Positions 46,854-55,383 of a stretch of DNA of 64,000 nt are shown here, piece by piece. Numbering within the stretch: position 1 is the stretch's first letter; the number at the start of each line of letters is the position of its first letter. Location of the stretch: positions 5,889,697 to 5,953,696 of the forward strand of contig JBLWFJ010000001.1 of assembly GCA_048320885.1 (NCBI GenBank). Reading direction: 5' to 3'. A program made the position numbers and the translations under genes. The notes beneath the pieces were generated by a model. The model ran no database searches. It saw only the letters and a list, made by a program, of their open reading frames with translations, and was not told where the DNA came from. The DNA comes from Nannocystaceae bacterium ST9 (GTDB lineage Bacteria; Myxococcota_A; Polyangia; Nannocystales; Nannocystaceae).

Positions 46854-47978
46854 TCACTCCTGCGGGCAGGAGGGCATGACCGGCAGGCGACGCTGGGTCG
46901 GCACACCCTCGCGCTCGGCCAGGTACTCCTCCCACTTGCGGATGGTCAGCTTCTGGAACTCGAGCACCGCGGGGTTGAGCTCGGCGATCGGCGCGTCGTA
47001 GTAGCGCTCGTAGCCCTCCTGCTCGGCCTCGACGGCGAACCCGTCCTCTTCGAGCAGCGGTCGCATCAGCATCCGGTTGCCGGCCTTGAGCAGCGGCGTC
47101 ATCAGCCAGCGCGGGATCGCGACCGGCAGCAAGGGCACCTTGAGCTGCTTGTAATAGAACAGGAAGAAGGCCCGCGTGGTTCGCTCGTTGATTGGCAGGA
47201 CCAGGCACCAGTGCTTGATCCAGCCGTCGGTGTTCGACCACTGGTGCGGGTACTCGTAGCCGAGCTTCATGTGGCCGGTGTCGGCCTTCTCGCGCGGGAC
47301 GAAGTGGCTGTAGAACTTCCCGGCCCCGACCTTGGTGTCGTACTCGACGAGCACCTTGTCGCCCTCGACCTCGAGCTTGGTCAGCTTGGGATCCTTGAAG
47401 GGCTCGAACTTGCGATGCAGGTACGCGTGGGTGAAGTCCGAGACGTTGTCGATGATCATCGAGTGATGGGCCTGCCAGGTGAAGTCGACCGGCACGCAGG
47501 CCCACGCGTCGGGCCCTTCCAACTCGGGGATCTCGGGCATCGCCACGCTCGCCGCCTTCTCGCGCTCGCCCGGGAACAGCCAGATCAGCCCGTAGCGCTC
47601 GCGGACCTCGTAGTCGGGCAGGCGGATCGCCGGCATCTTCTTGTCGAAGAGCTCGTGCGGGATGTCGACGAGGTGACCCTCGCCGTCGAAGGTCCAGCCG
47701 TGATAGGGGCACACGACCTGGCAGCCGCGGACCTCACCGGTGGTCAGCTTGAGCTGACGGTGGGCGCAGCGGTTCTCGATGCAGCGCAGGCGACCGTCGG
47801 TCCCGCGGTAGAGCGCGAACGACTTGCCCCAAAACTCGACCTCGACCACGCCGCCGGGCTGGAGCTTGTCGGTGTACTCGACCGGGTACCAGAAGTTGGG
47901 GTTCATGCCGGCGGCACGGACCTTCTGGCGGCGGTTCTTGGCCTCGGTGAAGCTCGGGATGCGGACCTTGCTCGACAT
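46854..47978 (-). CDS. Rieske [2Fe-2S] non-heme iron oxygenase (KshA/PaO/SdmA-like)
   Basis: Rieske CAHR...CPYHGW, mononuclear iron DNVSDFTHAYLH. 374 aa. ATG at complement of 47976..47978. Confidence 0.8.
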   Translation of the reverse strand: MSSKVRIPSFTEAKNRRQKVRAAGMNPNFWYPVEYTDKLQPGGVVEVEFWGKSFALYRGTDGRLRCIENRCAHRQLKLTTGEVRGCQVVCPYHGWTFDGEGHLVDIPHELFDKKMPAIRLPDYEVRERYGLIWLFPGEREKAASVAMPEIPELEGPDAWACVPVDFTWQAHHSMIIDNVSDFTHAYLHRKFEPFKDPKLTKLEVEGDKVLVEYDTKVGAGKFYSHFVPREKADTGHMKLGYEYPHQWSNTDGWIKHWCLVLPINERTTRAFFLFYYKQLKVPLLPVAIPRWLMTPLLKAGNRMLMRPLLEEDGFAVEAEQEGYERYYDAPIAELNPAVLEFQKLTIRKWEEYLAEREGVPTQRRLPVMPSCPQE

Positions 47979-47995
47979 GCTCGTTGTCCTCGTGG

Positions 47996-49105
47996 TCACT
48001 CGGCGGGGGTCGGGTCGGCGTGCACCGGCGCGCGGACGATCGTGCGCGCGCGATGGATCATGCCCTCGCGCTGGAAGAACTCGACGGCCTCGGCGATGCC
48101 CTCGCGCAGGCTGGTCGGGCGATAGCCGAGCTCGCGGGCGGCCTTGCCGTAGTCGACGTGCCGGCGCATCTCGAGCACCGCGATCGACCCGGGCGTGAGC
48201 CGCTGCGAGGCCTTGGGGAACAGGTGGGCGAGCGTGCCCGAGTAGAGCGCCGCGATCATCCGGACCGGCTCGCGCGGCAGCTGGATCAGCCCGTGCTCGA
48301 CCTGCGCGACCTCGCGGACGGTGTCGAAGAGCTGCTGCAGGGTCATGAACTCGGTCGCGAACAGGTACTTCTGACCCTTGCGGCCGTACTCCATCGCGAG
48401 CAGGTGGCCGGTCGCGATGTCGTGCGCGCGGATCCACATGAACCCGCCGTCGATGTAGACGCGCAGCTTGCCGTTGACGTAGTCGCAGATCGTCCCGCCC
48501 ATGCGCGAGGGCAGATAGTCCCAAGGACCGATGCAGCCACAGCTGGTCGCGATCACGGCGTCGAGCCCCTCGGCGACCGCCTCGAGCACCTGATGCTCGG
48601 CCAGCGCCTTGGTGTGCGCGTAGGGCATCGTGTGGCCGAAGGGATAGAAGGGGATGGTCTCGTCGCTGGGCTTGCTGGGATCGTCGAGATCGAAGCCGGT
48701 CGCCGAGAACGAGCCGGTCAGCACCATTCGACCGACGCCGTTCTCGAGGCAGGCCCGCGCGACGTTGCGGGTGCCGAGCACGTTGATCCCGTAGAGGCTG
48801 CGCTCTTCTTCGGGCGTCGCGCTGGCCGTCGAGATCTTGGCCGCGACATGGAACACCCGCGCCGCGCCCTTGCTCGCGCGCAGCATCGAGTCGAACTCGC
48901 GGATGTCGCCCTCGACCCGCTCGACGTCGAGGCCCTCGAGGCTGCGGTTGTCGGCGTTGGGCTGGACCAGCGCGCGGACCTCTTGCCCGGCCTCGAGCAG
49001 GTGGCGAACGAGGTTGCTGCCGACGTGGCCGCTCGCGCCGGTGACCAGGACCTTGCCGGTCGGGATGCCGGCGGATGGGTTGCGGTCGGTGGCGGTCTCG
49101 GGCAT
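47996..49105 (-). CDS. NAD-dependent epimerase/dehydratase (3-beta-hydroxysteroid dehydrogenase-like SDR)
   Basis: VLVTGASGHVGSNLVRHL Rossmann motif, YxxxK region. Its start lies 18 nt downstream of the Rieske gene stop, so the two are co-oriented. Confidence 0.8.
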   Translation of the reverse strand: MPETATDRNPSAGIPTGKVLVTGASGHVGSNLVRHLLEAGQEVRALVQPNADNRSLEGLDVERVEGDIREFDSMLRASKGAARVFHVAAKISTASATPEEERSLYGINVLGTRNVARACLENGVGRMVLTGSFSATGFDLDDPSKPSDETIPFYPFGHTMPYAHTKALAEHQVLEAVAEGLDAVIATSCGCIGPWDYLPSRMGGTICDYVNGKLRVYIDGGFMWIRAHDIATGHLLAMEYGRKGQKYLFATEFMTLQQLFDTVREVAQVEHGLIQLPREPVRMIAALYSGTLAHLFPKASQRLTPGSIAVLEMRRHVDYGKAARELGYRPTSLREGIAEAVEFFQREGMIHRARTIVRAPVHADPTPAE

Positions 49106-49286
49106 CGCGAGGCGTGGCTACCACGCGAGCGAGGATGGGGTGAGTGCGGCGCAGCACATTTGCCGGAGCCGGGAAAATCTCCAGCGGACCCTCCGGTCCG
49201 CGCCGGAATCCAGCGCGCGTGGCTCTGCGAGCCGGCTCACGGGTCTGCGGTCCAGCCAATGACCTTCATCGCTATGATCGGCCTCG

Positions 49287-50828
49287 ATGCCGAGCCACAC
49301 CACGCAGGTCCTGATCATCGGCGCCGGCCCGACCGGCCTGGCGCTCGCTTCGGAGCTGGTTCGCCACGGCGTGCGGGTGCGCGTCGTCGAGCAGCACGCC
49401 GGGCCCTCGATCCATTCGAAGGCCCTGGTCGTGCAGCCGCGCACGCTCGAGGTGTTCCACGCGATGGGCCTCGCCGACGAGGTGCTGGCCCAGGCCCAGC
49501 AGGTGTTTCGCATCCACGCCCACCTGCAGGGCAAGACCGTGCCGATGATCCAGTTCGGCGAGGTCGACGGGCCCTACTCGCGGCCCTTGATGCTGCGCCA
49601 GAGTCAGACCGAGCGGCTGCTCGCCAAGCGGCTGGCCGAGCAGGGCGTGGCGATCGAGTGGAACTCGGGCCTGACCGCGTTCGGCTCGGGGCCCGAGGGG
49701 GTCGAGGCCACGCTGAGCACCGGCGAGCGCGTGCAGGTCGACTACATGGTCGGCTGCGACGGCGCGCACAGCCTGGTCCGCAAGCAGCTCGGGATCGCGT
49801 TCGAAGGCTCGACCTACACCAACGACTTCATGCAGGTCGACTGCAAGGTTCGCTGGGACTACCCCGACGACACCGGCCAGGGCTTCTTCACCGACGAGGG
49901 CGCGGTGATCGGTCTGCCGCTCGGGCAGGGCAGCTTTCGCTTCATCGTGATCCGCCGCGAGCGACCCGAGCACGCGCCCGACGAGCCGACGCTCGCCGAG
50001 TTCCAGGCGATCGTCGCCGCCGAGGTGCCCGGCGAGGTCGAGCTCCACGATCCCGAGTGGTTGATCCGCTTTCGCCTGCACGAGCGGCTGGCCGAGCACT
50101 ACCGCGTGGGCCGGGTGTTCCTGGCCGGCGACGCGGCCCACATCCACACGCCCGCAGGCGGGCAAGGCATGAACACCGGCATCCAGGACGCGCACAACCT
50201 GGCCTGGAAGCTCGCGCTCGTGCTGGCCGGACACGCGGGCGAGACGATGCTCGACAGCTATCACGCCGAGCGCCACCCGATCGCGGCCGACGTGCTGCGC
50301 TTCACCGATCTCGTGTTTCGAACCGGGCTGGGCAGCAACGTGTTGATCCGCAAGCTGCGGCCGCTCTTGCTACCGCTGGTGTTCGGCAGCGCGTGGGTCA
50401 GCAGCCGGGTCACGCGGACCGTGTCGCAGCTCGAGATCAACGTGCGGCGCAGCCCGATCGTCGAGGACCACCGGTTCTTCCCGACCGGCCCGCACGCGGG
50501 CGACCGAGCTCCGGACGCGAGCTTCCTGCACGAGGGCGGCGAGACCCAGGTGTTCGAGATCCTGCGCGGGACTCGGCACGTGGTGTTCGCCCACTGCGTG
50601 CGCGCCGAGGCGCTGGCGAGCCTGCGGAGCAGCCTGCCCGAAGCGCTGGTCCGAGTGGTGGTCGCCGACGAGGGCGAAGAGCTCGAGGAGCGCTACCACC
50701 TCGGGCACGGGCCGGCGCTCTGGGTCGTGCGACCGGACGGCTACATCGGCTATCGCCAGTCGGGCGACGACCCCGAGCCGCTGCTCGCATGGTTCGCTCG
50801 CATGCTGGCCGCGATCATCCCGACATGA
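49287..50828 (+). CDS. FAD-dependent aromatic-ring hydroxylase-type monooxygenase with C-terminal thioredoxin-like domain
   Basis: VLIIGAGPTGLALA, DG motif, AGDAAHIHTPAGGQGMNTGIQDAHNLAWKL, typical of PHBH-fold (class A) flavoprotein monooxygenases. Confidence 0.85.
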   Translation: MPSHTTQVLIIGAGPTGLALASELVRHGVRVRVVEQHAGPSIHSKALVVQPRTLEVFHAMGLADEVLAQAQQVFRIHAHLQGKTVPMIQFGEVDGPYSRPLMLRQSQTERLLAKRLAEQGVAIEWNSGLTAFGSGPEGVEATLSTGERVQVDYMVGCDGAHSLVRKQLGIAFEGSTYTNDFMQVDCKVRWDYPDDTGQGFFTDEGAVIGLPLGQGSFRFIVIRRERPEHAPDEPTLAEFQAIVAAEVPGEVELHDPEWLIRFRLHERLAEHYRVGRVFLAGDAAHIHTPAGGQGMNTGIQDAHNLAWKLALVLAGHAGETMLDSYHAERHPIAADVLRFTDLVFRTGLGSNVLIRKLRPLLLPLVFGSAWVSSRVTRTVSQLEINVRRSPIVEDHRFFPTGPHAGDRAPDASFLHEGGETQVFEILRGTRHVVFAHCVRAEALASLRSSLPEALVRVVVADEGEELEERYHLGHGPALWVVRPDGYIGYRQSGDDPEPLLAWFARMLAAIIPT

Positions 50829-50851
50829 AGAAGAGGTGATAGCCTCCGAGC

Positions 50852-51991
50852 ATGCGCGCCGCTGCACGCACGCTCACCCTCGCGTTCTCGCTCGGACTCG
50901 TGCTCGCCTGCCCCGCGAAGGGCCCGAGCGAGGTCACGACGCCCGAGCCGACCGAGTCGGACGCACCCCAGCGCCCGCACGTCGGCGACCGGGCCCCGGC
51001 GATCTCGCTGGCCACGCTCTCGGGCTCGCGCGTGACCCTGCCGCAGTCCGACGCCGATCGGGCCGCCATCCTGATCTTCGGCTCGTTCAGTTGACCGCCG
51101 TTTCGAATGAAGACTCCTCGGTTCGAGGAGATGGCGATTCGCTGGCGAGACAAGGCCGATTTCTACATCGTGTTCACCCGCGAGGCCCACGCGAAGGCCC
51201 GCGGCGCGGAGCCGCTCGGGCAGGCCGCCGATCAGCTCATGGCCCAGGACGTCGACGGCGACAACGCGGTGAGCCTGGCCGAGTACCAAGGGCCGATGGA
51301 GATGTTCGTGCCCTTCGACATCGACGCCGACGGCGTCGTGCGCTCGCACGAGCTGCTCGCGGCCCGCAAGATCGTGCAGTTCGACGCGATCGAAGATCCG
51401 ACCACCGCCGAGGCCCGACTCGCGCTCGCGCGGCGCTTTCGTGACGAGGTGCCCGGCGACATCCCGGTGCTGATCGACGAGATCGACAATCGCACGTCGG
51501 TGGCCTACGGCGGCGCGCCCAACAGCATGTTCGTGATCGCACCGGACGGGACGATCAGCCACGAGTTCTTCTGGGCCTCGACCCGCGACGCCGAGCGTGC
51601 GCTGGCCGAGCTGTTCGGCGAGGAGCTTCCGCCCGCCGAGCCGCGCGTGGTCGACTGGGCGGCGATCGAGCCCGAGCTCGCGGCCGCCCGCGAGGCCGAT
51701 CGAAATGTGTTGCTGCAATTCACGGCGCCGGGCTGCGGCGCGTGTGCGGCGATGGAGGCCGAGACGCTGGTCGATCCGAGGATCGACGCGCGCCTGGGCG
51801 AGTACCGGCACGTCACGCTCGGGGTCGAGCGCGACGACGCGTGGGGGCTCTTCGAGGCGCTCGAGCTCGACGCCACGCCGGCGTTCGTGATCGTCGATCC
51901 GGCGACTCGTGCGGTGCTCGGCGAGACCCAGGGCTTCACCGACGCCGATCGCTTTCTCGGGTTTCTCGACGAGTCGGCGGAGGCTGAGTGA
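50852..51991 (+). CDS. Predicted selenoprotein: iodothyronine-deiodinase-like domain (in-frame TGA = Sec at 51092..51094) fused to thioredoxin-like CGAC domain; lipoprotein
   Basis: Reading through TGA joins ORFs 50852..51094 and 51107..51991 in one frame to give ...ILIFGSFS-U-PPFRMKTPRFEEMAIRWRDKADFYIVFTREAH. This matches deiodinase active-site blocks FGSCT-U-PPF and DFLIIYIEEAH with identical spacing. C-terminus has QFTAPGCGACAAMEAE (thioredoxin CxxC). Confidence 0.6.
51095..51135 (+). promoter_or_regulatory. Candidate bacterial SECIS hairpin downstream of the in-frame UGA
   Basis: CTCCTCG-GTT-CGAGGAG perfect 7-bp stem (51114..51130) starting 19 nt after the UGA, with a G/U-rich apical loop. 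Confidence 0.35.
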
Positions 51992-51994
51992 TCG

Positions 51995-52711
51995 TCACCC
52001 GGCTTCGCGGCGATCCTCGCGGGCGTCGGCCACCAGCCCGACGAGGATCGGCACGATCGTGACGGTGAGCGCGATCGGGATCGCGATCATCGGCGCGGCG
52101 GTCAGCTGCGCCCAGGCATCTTGGCCGGCCGCGACCCGATCCTTCAACAGCAGCGAGGCGACCAGCTCGCTCAGCCCCCAGCCGGCTGCGACTCCGACCA
52201 CGCTGGCGATCGCGACCCCGACGATCCCCGGCAGCGCCCGCAAGGGCGTGGTCAGGGCCCGAAACACGGGGATCAGGATCGACGTCGCCGCCAGGTAGTT
52301 CACGAAGAACATCCCGAACGTGAACATGCCGAACCACTGCGCCCGCTGGGCGAGCGACCACTCGGGCGGCGGGGTCGGATCGATCGGCCCGATCTCGACG
52401 TCCCAGGTCTGCAACGCGACGATCGCCAGGTAGGTGAACGCGAAGGTGAACGCGGCCTTGACCGGCCCCGACTTGATCCGCATCCACAGCGGCAGCTCCG
52501 CGAGCGTCGGGCCGTAGTCGAGCCGGCCCTCGAAGTAGCCCTCGACGAAGAGCATCGCCACGCTCGCGAGCAGCACGCTGCTGGCGACGAGCGGCGGGAG
52601 CTGGCGAGCGACCTCGTCGAAGCGCGAGGCGATCGCGAGCGCGTGCAGGAGCGCCGCGAGCACGAAGAAGGGCGCGAGGTGGCGCGGATCGAGGGGGGCG
52701 CGAGCGGCCAT
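51995..52711 (-). CDS. Hypothetical integral membrane protein
   Basis: About 6 TM helices. No family recognised. Confidence 0.45.
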   Translation of the reverse strand: MAARAPLDPRHLAPFFVLAALLHALAIASRFDEVARQLPPLVASSVLLASVAMLFVEGYFEGRLDYGPTLAELPLWMRIKSGPVKAAFTFAFTYLAIVALQTWDVEIGPIDPTPPPEWSLAQRAQWFGMFTFGMFFVNYLAATSILIPVFRALTTPLRALPGIVGVAIASVVGVAAGWGLSELVASLLLKDRVAAGQDAWAQLTAAPMIAIPIALTVTIVPILVGLVADAREDRREAG

Positions 52712-52742
52712 GGCCGGGACTATCGCATGCTGCGAGCGAGCT

Positions 52743-54326
52743 TCAGCCCTGTGGGTTCGGGTTGATCTTCGCCAGCCGCAGCCCGCCCGGGTACGCGTAC
52801 GAGGTCACGTCGGTATACCCGACTTGGATCACTCCGAACGCGTCGTCGCTCTCGGCCACGTGGGCGCCCTGGCTGATCGACCAGTCGGCGACCTCGAACT
52901 CGCCGACCGCGTAGTAGCCGGTCACCACCGCGCCGTCGACGAGCACGTCGGCGCCGCCTTGCGGCCTCGTGATCTGCACGTAGTTCTCGTCGTAGCCGGT
53001 CCCGGTCACGAACACGTAGCGCGGCAGGAACTGCTCGGTCGGGACCATCTGATACGACGCCGGATCGCCGGTCCCGGCCCCGCCGTCCTGGCCCTCGAGA
53101 TACTGGACCGGCAAGAAGGGGCCGTCGGCGGTCGCGATGAAGCTCTGCTGGGTCGAGAACTCGATGAACTCGCCGCGATCGAGCAGGGCCGGCGTGCCGG
53201 GCTGGGGCGGGTCGGTGGTGATCGTGACCGCGTCGTCGCCCGAGTAGATCCGCCACCAGTAGTCCTCGTTGCCGCGCTGCGGGGCGTGTGCGCCGACGTA
53301 CTGCTCGCCCCAGTACTCGAGCGGCAGCATCAGCTCTTCGATGTGATCGCAGTAGGTGACGTTGGCCGGGATGTTGACGCAGGGCACCGCGCCGACCACC
53401 CAGGCCGGCTCGCTGGTCGAGATGATCGTGCCCGAGACGTCGGAGCTCGCGGTCACCTGCAGCATGTCGTAGGCACCGATCACGACCATGCCGGTCGCGA
53501 GCGCGCCGACGGCCGGCACCCCGGAGCCGGCCGCGGTCGCGTTGCGAGGCTGCCACTCGACGGTGGTGTTCTCTTCGATCCCGACCACGTTGAAGTACGA
53601 GTAGTCGTTGCCGATGTTGGTGCTCCAGGCCGCGACGATGTAGTTCTGGCCGAGCGCGTGATCGGGGATCAGCATCGACGAGTCGTTGTGCGCGACGGCG
53701 GAGATCGGCGAGTGCTGGTAGGCGACGACCGGGCGATCGCTCTCGACCCGATGCGCGCCGCCCTGCCGCAAGACCGAGACGTCGCCGGGCTCGCCCGGCA
53801 TGTTCAGCACGAACTCGTGGGTGCCTCCGGGCGGGATCATGATCGGGCCGCCGACCGCCTGCTCGCCGCCGCCGGGAGGGCCGAAGTAGAGCTGGAGCGT
53901 GGCCGGGTTCTCGTCGGAGACGTTGCCGACGACCAGCGAGGTCGGCTCCTCCTGGAAGTTCTGCATCTTGTTGGCGTGGAACGAGCAGCCGACCGTGCTC
54001 TCGATCATCAGGGCCTGCGCGCAGGTCTCGGGGATCGTCGGCAGGACCGGGCCACCGCCGGCGTCGGGCAAGATCGGCAGGTCGAACTTGATGCCGTCGT
54101 CGGCGTCGGTCGAGTCGGCGTCGGCGTCGGTCGAGTCGGAGCTCGGATCGTCGGAGCTCGACTCGCTCGCGTCGGAGCTCGACTCGCCGGCGCTGCTGCT
54201 GGTCTCGATCCCGTCGCCGTCGCCGTCGCCGACCTCGTCGGTGGTGTTCGATCCTTCGCCGGCTCGACAGGCGAGCATGGTGATCAGGGGCAAGAGCGTG
54301 GGCGTGAGCGAAGCCAAGCGCGACAT
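52743..54326 (-). CDS. Secreted lipoprotein with acidic S/D-rich linker and beta-rich (IgGFc-binding-N-terminal-like) domain
   Basis: Lipobox LACRAG. 527 aa. Many N-x-T/S and aromatic-rich beta segments. Confidence 0.55.
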   Translation of the reverse strand: MSRLASLTPTLLPLITMLACRAGEGSNTTDEVGDGDGDGIETSSSAGESSSDASESSSDDPSSDSTDADADSTDADDGIKFDLPILPDAGGGPVLPTIPETCAQALMIESTVGCSFHANKMQNFQEEPTSLVVGNVSDENPATLQLYFGPPGGGEQAVGGPIMIPPGGTHEFVLNMPGEPGDVSVLRQGGAHRVESDRPVVAYQHSPISAVAHNDSSMLIPDHALGQNYIVAAWSTNIGNDYSYFNVVGIEENTTVEWQPRNATAAGSGVPAVGALATGMVVIGAYDMLQVTASSDVSGTIISTSEPAWVVGAVPCVNIPANVTYCDHIEELMLPLEYWGEQYVGAHAPQRGNEDYWWRIYSGDDAVTITTDPPQPGTPALLDRGEFIEFSTQQSFIATADGPFLPVQYLEGQDGGAGTGDPASYQMVPTEQFLPRYVFVTGTGYDENYVQITRPQGGADVLVDGAVVTGYYAVGEFEVADWSISQGAHVAESDDAFGVIQVGYTDVTSYAYPGGLRLAKINPNPQG

Positions 54327-54366
54327 CGCGCGATGGTATCTCGATCGCGGCCCGCTCAGAACCCGT

Positions 54367-55353
54367 TCAGAACCCGTTCAACGTGTCGACGACGGCGACG
54401 AGGTCGCCGCGATCGTAGAAGTCGACCGCGACGAAGTTGGGCGGGTGATCCCAGAACTCCCAGCACTCCTGGGCGCGCGCGAGCAGGAAGTCGTACTGGT
54501 TGACGATGTCGGCGCCCTCGGGCGAGGGCAGCCCGAGCTGGTTGGCGACCCAGTGGTTGAGCAAGAACAGGTCGTTGTCGGGCGAGCCGCGGTTGAGCTC
54601 GCAAGACATGTCGGCCGGATCCATCTCGGCGTAGGCCGTGTCCCAGGCCAGATCCCAGACGTGCTGGTGCCAGGCCGGCGGCGGCCCGCCCTGCTCGACC
54701 GTGACCAGCAGGCGCGTGTCGGCCTCGATCAGCTCGCCGAGCGTCGGCCAGGGCTCGCCGACCGGGTGCGCGTAGGTCAGCGCCTCGGCGCCGGTCGCCG
54801 CGTAGTCGAGCGCGAGGTCGGCCGCGTCGACGGCGTCCTGGTAGATGATCGCGATCACCTCGCCGGGGTTGGCGACCAGGAAGTCGGTGATCGATTGCAG
54901 CGTGTCGAGATGCGAGATCGAGCCGAGGTTGCAGGGCCCGTGGCAGAGCACGATCGACTGGTCCTCGGCGTAGTAGGTGTCGATCAGCAGCAGGCGCACG
55001 CCCTCGGCCAGCTGGGTCGGGATCGCGTGAGCCTGGTTGGTGTTGAACTGGCTGAACCCGTCTTCGCTGCTCGCGTGGCTGTTGTGGGTGCCGGCGAACA
55101 CGACCTCGTCGAGCGGGCGATCGCAGAGCTCGGCGTGGCCGTTGCAGACCAGCGCGGGCTCGCCGGTCTCGGTCGACTCGCCGGTGTCGGTCGACTCGTC
55201 GGTCTCGCCGCTCGCCGACTCGCTCGCGTCGGACTCGTCGGTGCCCGAGCCCTCGCTCGTGGTCTCGCTGCCGATCTCGTCGTCGGCCGGCTGCTCGTCG
55301 GCGCAGGCGAGCGCGGTCAGGACCAGCAGGGCAGGGGCGGCGCGCGAGCTCAT
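54367..55353 (-). CDS. PI-PLC X-domain-like phosphodiesterase lipoprotein
   Basis: Lipobox ALACAD. VFAGTHNSHAS and LLIDTYY blocks resemble the PLC-like phosphodiesterase TIM barrel. Confidence 0.5.
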   Translation of the reverse strand: MSSRAAPALLVLTALACADEQPADDEIGSETTSEGSGTDESDASESASGETDESTDTGESTETGEPALVCNGHAELCDRPLDEVVFAGTHNSHASSEDGFSQFNTNQAHAIPTQLAEGVRLLLIDTYYAEDQSIVLCHGPCNLGSISHLDTLQSITDFLVANPGEVIAIIYQDAVDAADLALDYAATGAEALTYAHPVGEPWPTLGELIEADTRLLVTVEQGGPPPAWHQHVWDLAWDTAYAEMDPADMSCELNRGSPDNDLFLLNHWVANQLGLPSPEGADIVNQYDFLLARAQECWEFWDHPPNFVAVDFYDRGDLVAVVDTLNGF

Positions 55354-55383
55354 GCCGACCAGGCTATCAGGTTCAGGCAGGGC

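Noticed and set aside
50852-51107. Treating 50852..51094 (80 aa) and 51107..51991 (294 aa) as two separate genes
   Set aside because: The TGA lies exactly at the Sec position of a conserved deiodinase active site. Both halves are in one frame, and neither half alone makes a complete thioredoxin-fold domain. Read-through is the more parsimonious model, though it is unproven.
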